This document shows positions 47,700-60,309 of a stretch of 64,000 nt of DNA, piece after piece. The DNA is from Eukaryota sp. TZLM1-RC (taxonomy: Eukaryota > Protista > Metamonada: BaSk clade): assembly GCA_040285825.1 (NCBI GenBank), contig JAUPSS010000007.1, positions 2,702,689-2,766,688 on the forward strand, written 5' to 3'. Made by a program: the position numbers and the translations under genes. Position 1 is the first letter of the stretch; each line of letters begins with the position of its first letter. The notes beneath the pieces are model-generated. The model was not told the DNA's origin, did no database searches, and worked only from the letters and a program-made list of their open reading frames with translations.

Positions 47700-48163
47700 A
47701 CAGCAAGCCTTTATAAACCTGACAATTACAGTTAAAAGTCAAGGATGTACAACATCAAACTGCTCTGCGTTACACTCCATTTAAGACTCGCAATAGCAGA
47801 AGAAGTAGTTCAGCTCAAAAATACATTACTTGTCCTCTCAACAATGCCACACAATCAGCTATTCAAAAATACTTGCATAAACCTGACAGTTATCTTTTTT
47901 ATCGTACTCCTGAACCCAATTCTCGACCCTTCACTCGCCATATTATCCTTCAACACATCAAGAAGGCTGCCGCAATAGCAGGAATACTCGACCCCGTCAG
48001 TACTCACTCGTTTGGTTACCATCATTACAAACGTTGGAAACACATTGTTCAAATGATGTATTTGATGGACCATACAAGTGAAAGAGTGACAATGAGGTAC
48101 ATTGGCATTATAGAGGAATGTGTCAAACGATCCATTGATGAAATGGATATAGGATCACTTTAA
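47700..48163 (+). pseudogene. Tyrosine recombinase (phage-integrase-like) relic
   Basis: LKVKDV..KT, YLF, IKKAAAIAGI..STHS-FGYHHY..HTSERVTMRYIG; frameshifted, and the H-x-x-R arginine is missing. Confidence 0.75.
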
Positions 48164-48659
48164 ATTTCTAGGTGTGCATTATGTCATCAAACAGCTGCTT
48201 AGCAAAGCAGAAGGATGAAACCAATGCTGCCACAGTCACTGTAGCCCTAATTCATACTTAATTCAAAATTAAGCTGCGTTCCCCTTTTATTTGTTTTTTT
48301 TTACTTTTAATCCCATTGATGAAATAAACCTGATTTAGATTGTGGTGGTGAGGATGATAGAGTTGAGAATCTTAGTGATTCAGAATAACAATAATATTTA
48401 ATATTTAATAGAATAAGAGCAACTCCAATGTACAAACACAGCAAAAGTGTTGTAAAGGTCCCATAATTTGGTTCCTGAAAACATGGTGTGCTTATGGCAC
48501 ACATCAGGATGGATTTATTGGTCATTGGTGGCTATTGAGAGTGACTGGCAATTCTAAATCAATTTGGATCGCCATATTTGACTCCTATTTTAATGAAAAT
48601 TATTAGAAATATAGTTATATCGAGAATCATCTTAAATTGATTTTTCAGAGTTTATTTAA

Positions 48660-51555
48660 GACTGACCTCCTCTTCAATATTACCTATGCGTTAAGGATCC
48701 TTTGGATTTCAATTTGGATCAAAATATTGGAGTTGAAATCAAAATATTCATGATTTGGATGTCATATCGAAGAAACCAGACAATTGCCAACAACAATATT
48801 AAGACAATTCACAATGACTTGTTTAAAGTGAAACTTGATCCTCAAATGTTGTATTTTTGATTGCAACAGGCCGTGAACGACAGGTTAGTGTTTCTATCTA
48901 GTCAACTGAAGCAAAGGAAAGATTGATTATATCCAAACTATTGAAAATAATTTCTGACTTAGAAATATAATCAATTAATCTCAAAAAAGATTCCAGTATT
49001 TGAGAATCTTAAATAAAATAAATATAAAATAAATAAATATTTTTTCTCAAAGCTCCACAGTAATTACTATACGCTTATGTGGACGGGTTTTCATTTTCTG
49101 ATTTGATTTTAATAGTTGATTTTTGTATTTTGGACAAAACAAAATGTATGATACAACACTGTCCGTATGGGACAAGTAGCAGCTCGCAAAAGCCAAATTT
49201 TTGTAAATATCGCAACAAAGCTGTTCATGACTTGGATAAGGTCCAAAAACTTCTCTAGACTACTACAAGCCCCTGTTCTTGCTTGCAATATGGTGAACCA
49301 CCTGTGGCCGACTATGATCCTTTGTTTGCACTTTCCCCTGCATAAACCTTTTGTTGTTGTGTTGAAGCCAATTGCGATAAAAAGCTGAGTCCATCTGTTG
49401 CTAACAATTCTTTCGATTCTTTTTTAATCTCATCAAAAAGTTTCGCTCTGGTTTCTCTACTAAAGAGGCACTTGCAGTTAACGGATTTTGTTATATTATT
49501 GTCTGGAAAGATTTCTTCAAGAAAATCACTTTCTTCATTCAGTTGTAACCATCATTCATTGCTCATGATGGTGTCAAAGTTTGAACCCTTCAATATTCAT
49601 CAATATTATTATCGTGAACTCGCTGGTACGTCAACCTCAATATCATCATGGTAAAATGGAACTGTATCAATATTTTGATCCAAACATATGTTTAAATAGA
49701 AAAAGTTGAACTCATAATCCCCTGAACACCAATATGATTTTGTTTCTAATAAACTAAATGTGAATGATGCATACCAGAGATGAATCTTGCATATGGTACC
49801 TCTGGTCATTGAAAATATTTTTCTATTGTTGGTTAATTGGAAAAGAGAGTGGAAAACAACTAGAAAGACAGGCGCTTCATCGGAGCAGTCACGTGTGAAG
49901 AGAAGTGACTAGTAACCGTTACTGCTCAACAAGATTTGGTTCTAGCGACTGGTAAATAAGCAAATCAAATCCTAGATAGTGGAAGTATTCTATTTTAAGA
50001 ATCATTCTAATCAATCAACAATCAATCATTCTAATCACCATATTCATGATACCCACTGGATAAAGGTAAAGGAAACATACTTCGACAGCGACTCTTAGTG
50101 GGTGGAGAAAAAGTAACATCACTGGATGAGAAGAGACCACGACCTGGGTGATTGAGCATTGATCTAGGAAGATAAACAGAAATATATATAATTAGGTTCT
50201 TTGCTATGTCCCAGACTATGTTAATTAGGGTTAGAGTTAGGGTTAGGATACTCCGAAACCAAATTTTGTTGCTATCGTTTTTTAAATGATAATGATGTTG
50301 AAAGAAATGGTGAAACACTTCCTGTCGAACTGTATAGTATCAATTAAAGTTAGCTGATACCATAATGTTGCGTATATCACAGGGGGAACACATTGGCACT
50401 ATGTGACAAAGCAAATAGCAAGATGGAGCGGAAAGAGGAGAGATGACCATAGTACAAGAGGATAACTTGTCAAACAGAGAAACTGATTCTAGTGAGTGAA
50501 AACAACAAAACGCTGACTAGAGAGTGAGCAAAGAAAGGGAGATCGTGATGGTTATGCGTGATCAGGGAGTGGTTGCAGCAGGTTGTTTGCATCGAGAATA
50601 CGTGCTTCGCCGTTGTTATTGTTGTACTGTGTTGTTTTTGTTGTATACTGTTGTTTTTGTTGTTATCATGAACCTCAGTGTAACGAAAATTCATGTTCAT
50701 CATTTTCAATGCTTGTTGACAAATGAGAACACCATAGCATGGGACAATTCAAGGGCATGTAACGTCGTGCAGTGGCTGTACCTCTCTTGAAAGTTGATTC
50801 CCCACAGTTTGGTCTATTAAAAAAATCAAGGAAACTTCTTCATAGGGATATTTAAGAGATTCTTCCGGATCAGAAATTAAAAATAATCCTATAAAGTTGG
50901 GAAAATAGAATTCATACTCTGCTAAAGTGTGTAAAAATCTGCCAAAAAATGTACAGTGGAGGCAGAAAGTGAAACAAACGGAGAGAATACAAATGGATAA
51001 AAGAACTATCTTTGACAGATGTAAATGGTTTATTTCGTGTTGTTGTTTACGCAGGTTACTAAACAATATTCTTTAATCTTGATATTCTTGATGTTGGTTA
51101 TAGGATTTTATTCTTTTGAATTAAATAATATTTAAATCGAGAATTGGTAAAATCAATCATACATTAGATCTGATACAGTTCTTACTGGGTGATTCACGAG
51201 TGATTCAGTTGATACGATAACATCCTACATTTCACCTTGAAAATTGTCTTCACCATTACAAATATTAAGTGATCTCAGCTCAAATAAAATGTAATTTTTT
51301 GTTTATTGAACCTACACACTTGATTAAATTAATTCATAACTAATGGGACGAATATCATTGAACCAAGATTTCCTCTACAAAATCTTGATCTGCTTGCTGT
51401 TTAGCTAAAGCTTCTCTTATTCGATTGAAAAACCGAGGTAATTTATTAATAATGGCAAATTGAATCCGAGAGCGCCATAAAAAAATAGCAATTCTTGGCA
51501 TTGTTTTTTCTTGAACATTTGTTGGAAATCATTCAAAAAAGTTGCTGCTTCTACA
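48660..51555. repeat. ~2.9-kb segmental duplication, copy 2
   Basis: Direct repeat of 41745-44660, about 6.9 kb downstream. Confidence 0.9.
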
Positions 51556-51968
51556 AATAGTCTTCCGTTTATCGAAAATGGGAAAGCAATAAAAACTACA
51601 CTGTTGGCAGTAATTAGTCTCACTCAGACTAATTTTGTACTGAATTGTTTGTGCTTTCCGGACAATATTAGTCTCACTCAGACTAATTTTGCAGTGAGAC
51701 TAATTCTGTACTGAGACTAATTTTGCAGTGAGACTAATTTTGTCTCGACCTTATTTCCTTTGACCACCAGACAAACAACATCTTTATCAATAAAAAACAC
51801 TCAATCTATTCTAAAATATAACATTCATCCTCTTCTTCATTCTTCAGCTTAGTAATCTCCTGTTGTGTTATGAAATCTTCGGTTACTTGAATTTCCTCCT
51901 CTGAATTATCGTCGAATCCCTGTACTTCAGTGAAATCATCGTCGTCACTCACATCTTCCCAGATATCT

Positions 51969-52507
51969 TCATAACAACCGAAACTCCTCCAGCAGTTCTT
52001 TGTGTACCCATTCTACCCATTCAGCTCTCTTTCTACCTCTTCCGCTCCTGGCTTTTTAAAAGAATTTTCTTCACTGTACTGTTTTGTACACGTTCTAGGG
52101 ACAATTTGTCCTTTTCCAACCTCCTATAAAACTGATGGCGGTTTTTCCACCAGTCTGATGCCTTTTGGATGTTGGCGTTTGAAGACGATCTGAAGTGCTC
52201 GGGAAACTGTTTGACAGTGGCAGCTTTCAACCCCTTTTCGGTGTTTTGTTCTTGTACCCATCTTTCCATCCACTCAAGAACCACTTTACGAGTTTGTTTG
52301 GTGGAAACTTGTTGAATTCGTCTTTTAGTTCCTGCAGTGGGAGACAACACAGCGTTTTCATCATGGTGTTGTATTTCAGGAAGTGGTAAGACGATAGGAG
52401 TGGAGGTATCTACTTCTGCAGAAGGAGGTGTAGTGTGAGCCGTGCTAGAGCGTTGAGCCCGTGCAAAAAGATTGTACGAGAGGAGAACCCGAGAAAAGAC
52501 CGTTCAT
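51969..52507 (-). pseudogene. Truncated transposase N-terminus, unit 1 (two homopolymer frameshifts)
   Basis: 539 nt versus 537 nt in the intact units; the extra bases are in T/A runs. Confidence 0.7.
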
Positions 52508-52947
52508 TAGTAAGAGAAAAAATGAATGAAAAATGATTGGTACAAAATTTTATAAGTTTTTGAAAAAAGTACTGGAAAAATGTTTATGAAACTCAGGACA
52601 AAATTAGTCTCACAAAGACGATTTTTGAATGGTCATTGGACAAAAATTAGTCTCACTCAGACTAATTTTTGCAGTGAGACTAATTCTGTACTGAGACTAA
52701 TTTTGCAGTGAGACTAATTTTGTCTCGACCTTATTTCCTTTGACCACCAGACAAACAACATCTTTATCAATAAAAACACTCAATCTATTCTAAAATATAA
52801 CATTCATCCTCTTCTTCATTCTTCAGCTTAGTAATCTCCTGTTGTGTTATGAAATCTTCGGTTACTTGAATTTCCTCCTCTGAATTATCGTCGAATCCCT
52901 GTACTTCAGTGAAATCATCGTCGTCACTCACATCTTCCCAGATATCT

Positions 52948-53484
52948 TCATAACAACCGAAACTCCTCCAGCAGTTCTTTGTGTACCCATTCTACCCATT
53001 CAGCTCTCTTTCTACCTCTTCCGCTCCTGGCTTTTAAAAGAATTTTCTTCACTGTACTGTTTTGTACACGTTCTAGGGACAATTTGTCCTTTTCCAACCT
53101 CCTATAAAACTGATGGCGGTTTTTCCACCAGTCTGATGCCTTTTGGATGTTGGCGTTTGAAGACGATCTGAAGTGCTCGGGAAACTGTTTGACAGTGGCA
53201 GCTTTCAACCCCTTTTCGGTGTTTTGTTCTTGTACCCATCTTTCCATCCACTCAAGAACCACTTTACGAGTTTGTTTGGTGGAAACTTGTTGAATTCGTC
53301 TTTTAGTTCCTGCAGTGGGAGACAACACAGCGTTTTCATCATGGTGTTGTATTTCAGGAAGTGGTAAGACGATAGGAGTGGAGGTATCTACTTCTGCAGA
53401 AGGAGGTGTAGTGTGAGCCGTGCTAGAGCGTTGAGCCCGTGCAAAAGATTGTACGAGAGGAGAACCCGAGAAAAGACCGTTCAT
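52948..53484 (-). CDS. 178-aa truncated pogo-like transposase (putative DNA-binding region only), unit 2
   Basis: FPEHFR..NANIQKASDWW..GRGRKRAEWVEWVHKELLEEF; lies inside the TIR element; no DDE domain. Confidence 0.65.
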   Translation of the reverse strand: MNGLFSGSPLVQSFARAQRSSTAHTTPPSAEVDTSTPIVLPLPEIQHHDENAVLSPTAGTKRRIQQVSTKQTRKVVLEWMERWVQEQNTEKGLKAATVKQFPEHFRSSSNANIQKASDWWKNRHQFYRRLEKDKLSLERVQNSTVKKILLKARSGRGRKRAEWVEWVHKELLEEFRLL

Positions 53485-53922
53485 TAGTAAGAGAAAAAAT
53501 GAATGAAAAATGATTGGTACAAAATTTTATAAGTTTTTGAAAAAAGTACTGGAAAAATGTTTATGAAACTCAGGACAAAATTAGTCTCACAAAGACGATT
53601 TTGAATGGTCATTGGACAAAATTAGTCTCACTCAGACTAATTTTGCAGTGAGACTAATTCTGTACTGAGACTAATTTTGCAGTGAGACTAATTTTGTCTC
53701 GACCTTATTTCCTTTGACCACCAGACAAACAACATCTTTATCAATAAAAAACACTCAATCTATTCTAAAATATAACATTCATCCTCTTCTTCATTCTTCA
53801 GCTTAGTAATCTCCTGTTGTGTTATGAAATCTTCGGTTACTTGAATTTCCTCCTCTGAATTATCGTCGAATCCCTGTACTTCAGTGAAATCATCGTCGTC
53901 ACTCACATCTTCCCAGATATCT

Positions 53923-54459
53923 TCATAACAACCGAAACTCCTCCAGCAGTTCTTTGTGTACCCATTCTACCCATTCAGCTCTCTTTCTACCTCTTCCGCT
54001 CCTGGCTTTTAAAAGAATTTTCTTCACTGTACTGTTTTGTACACGTTCTAGGGACAATTTGTCCTTTTCCAACCTCCTATAAAACTGATGGCGGTTTTTC
54101 CACCAGCCTGATGCCTTTTGGATGTTGGCGTTTGAAGACGATCTGAAGTGCTCGGGAAACTGTTTGACAGTGGCAGCTTTCAACCCCTTTTCGGTGTTTT
54201 GTTCTTGTACCCATCTTTCCATCCACTCAAGAACCACTTTACGAGTTTGTTTGGTGGAAACTTGTTGAATTCGTCTTTTAGTTCCTGCAGTGGGAGACAA
54301 CACAGCGTTTTCATCATGGTGTTGTATTTCAGGAAGTGGTAAGACGATAGGAGTGGAGGTATCTACTTCTGCAGAAGGAGGTGTAGTGTGAGCCGTGCTA
54401 GAGCGTTGAGCCCGTGCAAAAGATTGTACGAGAGGAGAACCCGAGAAAAGACCGTTCAT
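53923..54459 (-). CDS. 178-aa truncated pogo-like transposase, unit 3
   Basis: Identical to unit 2 except for one D>G change. Confidence 0.65.
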   Translation of the reverse strand: MNGLFSGSPLVQSFARAQRSSTAHTTPPSAEVDTSTPIVLPLPEIQHHDENAVLSPTAGTKRRIQQVSTKQTRKVVLEWMERWVQEQNTEKGLKAATVKQFPEHFRSSSNANIQKASGWWKNRHQFYRRLEKDKLSLERVQNSTVKKILLKARSGRGRKRAEWVEWVHKELLEEFRLL

Positions 54460-56461
54460 TAGTAAGAGAAAAAATGAATGAAAAATGATTGGTACAAAAT
54501 TTTATAAGTTTTTGAAAAAAGTACTGGAAAAATGTTTATGAAACTCAGGACAAAATTAGTCTCACAAAGACGATTTTGAATGGTCATTGGACAAAATTAG
54601 TCTCACTCAGACTAATTTTGCAGTGAGACTAATTTGGCAGTGAGACTAATTGCTGCCAACAGTGTAGCTGCGTCTTTCTACCAGCATTAGCTTCTTCAAT
54701 ATCTTAATCATATTTTCTATGTTATTCTTTTGCTTTAAAATCAAGAGCACTTACAGGATTAAGTTTTCTTCTGTGAACCAAAGTATCATTTGCAACCCTA
54801 CATGAGACAAAGTCAACAATAGCTTCAGAGTTATCAATCCAATCACAGTATACATCACCTCTATCATCAGAACCAAAATTATTCAGAGAAAGTGTTTCCT
54901 TCAGCAGAGGCTCTTTGATACACGATATTCTTGCAGTTTGTGCCATATTGAAAACAGTGTCCCTAACAGCATCATGTAATGAAGAACGATAAGTTATCAA
55001 TTTAGAGCAATTTAGAGCATGGTGCAAAGTGAGCTGAGGTGAATTCGAACAAATACATTTTTCTTTTGATAATAATTGATTAATGGGGATATTCAAATAT
55101 AATCTCATTTTTGTTACAAATGCTTCATAAGTAGCACACAGTCCAAATCTTCGTGGTACAATGGTTATAAACAGTGAAGAATCTGATGACTTATTTTCAC
55201 AAACACCCTTTTCCAATAACAATGAGTGAAGACCTTGATTTAAAACAGACGAGCTGCATATATTATTATAAAGATCATTTTCATACATTCCAGTCAATCC
55301 TTTCTGTGATGTTCGAAGAGTGTATTTTAAATTTAAAAAATTCTTTTCTGAAATATTACCATTGAATGATTGGGGAAAGCATCGACTCCATTTTTCTACA
55401 TCAATTTTTGAAATTTTTTCATTTAATGCAAAAACAGTGGAACTTTGCGTTGTCGTCAATAAATCTTCCCAATCTGCAGATCTTTCGGAAAACTCAAAGA
55501 TTGCATTTCTGCATCCACCAATAAAGGCATACGAAGTAAGAATGGAAACCTTCGTCCAACCTAATCCGCCATAATGTGGACTAAGATAAGCATGGTCTGG
55601 AATTTGGAACATTTTACATCCAAGTAATTGTGACAAAACTTTTGCACGTAACTCATTAAACTTCTGAGTCAAAAACCTAGTGACAAGAGGATTTGTAGAT
55701 CGAAATATATGATTAAAATTGGAACTAAAACAGAGTGTTATAATGGTAAATTTGATGTGTTTTTTAATATCTAAATTCATCATTCGGTCAATTTTGTCAG
55801 AAATTGAGTTCAACTTTTCAAACAATTTTTTGGTAATTTCATCATTATTTCCTAAACACGAACCCAAATGACGAGTATCATTAATTGAATATATTTTGGC
55901 TTGAATTTCAATACCATCAACTATTGTAGAAACTGCAGAATTCGATAACAAAACACATTTAAGTAAATTAAGTCGGAGGCCAATTTTGATAAAAAATTCT
56001 TTAAAGCCTACAGTTGCATATTTCACAACATTTAAATCACCTATAAGAACAACATCAAAAATAATTCTAAAACACATACATTCACACCTATGGATTTTTT
56101 GAAAGAGTGATAAAGTTTGCTTCAAATAGTACAAAAAACAGTTTAGAATATAACAGATTTATTTGTGGTTAATTGATTTTGAGAAAACCAATGTTGCCAC
56201 ATCCAGGCTGATATAATAAGGGCACAGTATATCAACTTCTTTTAACACTCCGAGTCTTAACTATACTTATGAACTTATAGCAACAGTCGCATTAAAATGG
56301 AAGGTGTATCTCAGCAAAAGACACCAGCATATTGAAAAAAATTTCCACAGGTTAAGATTCCATTTCCATCTGAAATCAAATTGTACAAAGTCAGGGAAAA
56401 GGAGATGGATTAAATCCTTGTTTCACCTGGTTTCTTATCCTCCAAACTTCTGCTCTTCATT

Positions 56462-57634
56462 ATGCCAGGAGAACAACCAAAAGTAAACCCTGATCATCTC
56501 ATCAAGTACTTATCTGATATTTACCCGTATGATCTTCTCTTCAGGTGGCTTTCCCCTGACCCTGCATGGTTTCCACACAGAGAAATAGCCTTTTTCACAA
56601 CCAAATCCAACAACGAGACGATAGCTCAACGTTACAAAAGCTTTACCAACGGTGAAACCTGGCGTCAAACCATCCTCTCTCAGATAAGATCCCATGGAGC
56701 TCCTCCCAGCAGGTTTGAATTTGGGGCTCTGTATAACATCAATCTTGCACACAAGAAAATGGCTAACGTTTTCCCCATTGCCAGAGAGTTTGTTATTGAT
56801 ATTGATACAGACGACTATGATGCTGTTCGAACGTGCTGTTCTGGTTCTAGTTACTGTCAAGGCTGCTTTCCCTTACTTACAACGGCAGCTCAAATATGCT
56901 CTGAAATTCTGAGCTTCTGTTTCGACCTTCATCACGTGATTTGGGTCTATTCTGGGCGAAGAGGTCTTCACGGCTGGGTCTGTGATAATAAGTCTCGGAA
57001 AATGAACAATCTCACTCGATCAAGAATTGCAAAGTTTCTATCGCTAGCAGCAAGTCGTTCTCCTGGAGCTATGTTTTCTCAATTGCCACAACGGAAACTA
57101 CTTGAATTTACTGACAGGTTGATTAATCAGAATGACGTCAACATGGGGTTATTAACTGCCTTGTATAATGCCAGACAAGATGACATTTTTGGTGTTGATT
57201 CTGAGGAAAATGAGAAAATTTGGAGGACTTTCTTAAACAATATCAAAGGAAGCCATGGTATTCTTGTTTCACAAATAGAATCTAGTATTGCTAGAGCACG
57301 AGAGTCGGCCTACTTTAACTCAACAGAACTTAAAGCAATCTTTCATCAACATTTGCCTGAAACTTTACTATTGGAACTAGTGTGGTGGACCGTTGGACCA
57401 CGATTAGATGTTAATGTTTCGGCTCAAATGAACCATTTGCTTAAAGCACCTTTTTGCATTCATCCTGGTACGGGGTTTGTGTGTGTCCCGTTGAGTAGAG
57501 AGAGGATTTGTGATTTTTATCCAGAACCAGATAATTATGAGGTAAATTTGAAAAATGTTGTGGAAGACCCCTCAATTTTGGATCCTTATTTCAATTTTAT
57601 GGAGCAATTCATTAAAGAGGTTAAAAACAGTTGA
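56462..57634 (+). CDS. PRIM1: DNA primase small (catalytic) subunit
   Basis: REFVIDIDTDDYD.VRTCC, WVYSGRRGLHGWVCD and PRLDVNVS..NHLLKAPFCIHPGTG motifs. Confidence 0.96.
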   Translation: MPGEQPKVNPDHLIKYLSDIYPYDLLFRWLSPDPAWFPHREIAFFTTKSNNETIAQRYKSFTNGETWRQTILSQIRSHGAPPSRFEFGALYNINLAHKKMANVFPIAREFVIDIDTDDYDAVRTCCSGSSYCQGCFPLLTTAAQICSEILSFCFDLHHVIWVYSGRRGLHGWVCDNKSRKMNNLTRSRIAKFLSLAASRSPGAMFSQLPQRKLLEFTDRLINQNDVNMGLLTALYNARQDDIFGVDSEENEKIWRTFLNNIKGSHGILVSQIESSIARARESAYFNSTELKAIFHQHLPETLLLELVWWTVGPRLDVNVSAQMNHLLKAPFCIHPGTGFVCVPLSRERICDFYPEPDNYEVNLKNVVEDPSILDPYFNFMEQFIKEVKNS

Positions 57635-57984
57635 TTTTTCCAACTTTTTTGTAGATTTAATTAATTTTTTATATTTTGTATATTTTTTGATTTATGATTT
57701 GCTGTTTTGCTATAAATGCTTAATTGTTTGGATTTTTTGTCTCCATGATAATAAGTGGAAGGCTTTTGTATTTATGGCAATGAATTTTGTCCTTTAATTT
57801 TTCCTTGTCAAAATAGAAGCACTCACCCATATCTCAGTAACATCAAGATAGCAAAGGGACGAGTTGACATCATTGACTCTTGAACTGATTGCTACGAAAT
57901 CATACTAGACTTCACTAGTGAAGTCTGATATGTTGAGTCTGAATAAGAATAAATAAAATACTGAAAACAATTATTGATAAAGTT

Positions 57985-58720
57985 TGTATTTATTGAATTT
58001 GCACACTTAATTAAATTAACTCAATACTAATGGGACGACTATCATTGAACCAAGATTTCCTCCACAAAATCTTGATCTGCTTACTGTCTAGCTAAAGCTT
58101 CTCTTATTCGATTGAAAAACCGAGGTAATCTATTAATAATAGAAAATTGAATCCGTGAACGCCATAAAAAATTATCAAATCTTTTCATTGTTTTTTCTTG
58201 CACCATTTTTTGGAAGTCATTCAAAAAAGTTTCTGCTTCAACTGATAATCTTCCATTTATCGAAAATGGGAAAGCAATAAAAACCAGCTGTGTATTTCTA
58301 TCGACATTAGCCTCTTCAATATCTTTATCATATTTTCTATGTATCTCTTTTGCTTTAAATTCCAGAGCAGCCACAGGATTAAGTTTTCTTCTGTGAACCA
58401 AAGTATCATTTGCAACATTACATCAGACAAAGTCAACAATAGCTTGAGAATTATCAATCCAATCACAGTATACATCACCTCTATCATCAGAACCAAAATT
58501 ATTCAGAGAAAGTGTTTTCCTCAGCAGGGGCTCTTTGATACACGATACCCTTGCAGTTTGTGCCATATTGAAAACAGTGTCTCTAACAGCATCATGTAAA
58601 GAAGAACGATAAGTTATCAATTTAGAGCATGGCGCAAAGTGAGGTGAGGTGAATTCGAACAAATACTTTTTTCTTTTGATAATAATTGATTAATGCGGAT
58701 GTGCAAATATAATCTCATTT
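57985..58720 (-). mobile_element. 5'-truncated family A retrotransposon
   Basis: ORFs 58081-58662 and the shared 3' UTR. Confidence 0.8.
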
Positions 58721-58884
58721 ATTAATTTAATCAATTAATTATTTAATTCAATTAATTATTGATCAAATAAACATTCGGTATTGTAACTTAAATGAATTTC
58801 GTCCCATTAATTATGAGTTTGTTTTGTGAAGTGTGAAAGTTCAATAAATAGATGTAACTGTAAAATTAATAATTAATACAATCG

Positions 58885-59135
58885 GTTTTTGGCAACATTG
58901 GACAGTCTGCCTTGAATTTTCTCAATGATTTTGAGAATTTATGTCGTTCAAGTGGTAAGAATTTTGCAGGGAATTTATGGAAGAATCGTATCATTTTTGC
59001 TTTGTACGGAAGTGTTCCCAAGTACTTAAATTTAATGGTGTCCAAGCTGTATAAAGATTCATCAAGAGTTGGAGTGAAGAATTTTATTTCTTATGTGTTT
59101 TAGTTTGTTTTGTTTTGTTTCTTCGTAGAATAAAC
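58885..59135 (+). mobile_element. 3' remnant of family B retrotransposon
   Basis: LWKNRIIFALY..FISYVF*. Confidence 0.75.
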
Positions 59136-59514
59136 AAAAAAATTGTTTATTACTACTATTACAATAGACAAAAGAATAGGTAAAAGCTATAAATTTGATT
59201 AGGCAATCATTATTGGAACATGCGAGAAATCAGGCGTATCGCGATCAATTGAGTTTGTGCAGCTCTGTGCGCCTTTGATGTGAGCTCAGCCTCAATTGCA
59301 GGAGGTGCCATTACTCATTTTCATTCACCCAAATGGTGACCAAATTGAAATTGGGAGCTTTAAATTCGATGCAAGTCAAACCGTATTATTATTTTTATTA
59401 TATTATTAATCGTATTATTTTTATTCAAGAACACCTGAAACTAATCAATGCTATGACGTAAAACTGAGGTGGAAATACATTTGAAACTTCCTTTAATAAT
59501 TTGTTAAAAATTAA

Positions 59515-60185
59515 TTTATTAGAAAACCTATAGATCAACATCTAAATGGTCCGTCTCCCCCAAAACAGAACACCTAGATGCAACGTTCTCACAGTAAGAT
59601 CCAAGAGAAAGCAAAGCATCAAAAACCATCTTCAACATGCCCTCAAAAATAGAAAACACAATTTTGCCAAAACAATCTGTTGAAGTTTCTGTTAGTTCTT
59701 CTCTTTACAATCATTCCAAAATTGGACAAAAGAACGTAAAGCCGTTGGTGCAAGTGAACCAATAAGAGAAAATACCAATGGATACAAATTGTATTTTGCA
59801 TGCTGTTGATTGGACAATCTGGACAACGGTTCACTGCATGCTTTGATTTTGATATTTTCAGCATTTCAAAGAGGATATTAAATTTTAGAAATAGCAAACC
59901 TTTCATTTGAGACATGAAAAGGATCAACAGACATTACATCCACAAAGATGAAGGTTTCATCTAATCCAGGTATCATGGCATCATCTCTATTATTCATATG
60001 AAAATCATCTTAAGTATCAAACAGATTTGACAACAGAGGTTCCAAAAAAGATTCAATTTTATGAGATTTACACATACAATATAATTGCTCTCTTAAAGCA
60101 TCATAAACCTTGCTTCTAAAAGTAATCAAATGTTTACAATTTAATAAATGGACAATTGTAATCTTTCGGGAACATTTATTATTTG
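59515..60185 (-). mobile_element. 3' part of family C retrotransposon, degenerate
   Basis: HLLNCKH..QLYCMCKSH.IESFLEPLL; FNRLFWQN; LDVDL*. Confidence 0.75.
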
Positions 60186-60309
60186 AATTATGAGGTAAAT
60201 TATTGTGCCAGATGAAATTCAAAGTCCTTTTGAAGCATTCCTTTAGAAATTCGTTATAAAGCTTATCTTCTCCAACCCACCACAATTGCATACTCAATCT
60301 CTTCCTTCA

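Larger units (their letters stand above)
51599..54664 (-). mobile_element. Non-autonomous pogo/Tc1-mariner-like DNA transposon with triplicated interior
   Basis: 25-bp TIRs cactgttggcag(t/c)aattagtctcact; TA duplication (51597-98, 54665-66); arrays of gtgagactaatt subterminal repeats; three ~975-bp units. Confidence 0.88.
51300..56060 (-). mobile_element. Family A CRE-like retrotransposon interrupted by a TIR element
   Basis: ORF 54722-56134 (LNLLKC, HLGS, PHYGGLG, zinc knuckle, DRGD..VDF) continues at 51598-51300 on the other side of the insertion. Confidence 0.85.

Noticed and set aside
45480-47700. Possible decayed coding sequence between H4 and the recombinase
   Set aside because: Only short ORFs with no motif I can identify.
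51610-54655. Repeated gtgagactaatt motifs as a CRISPR array
   Set aside because: No unique spacers, mixed orientations and a eukaryotic context; explained as transposon subterminal repeats.
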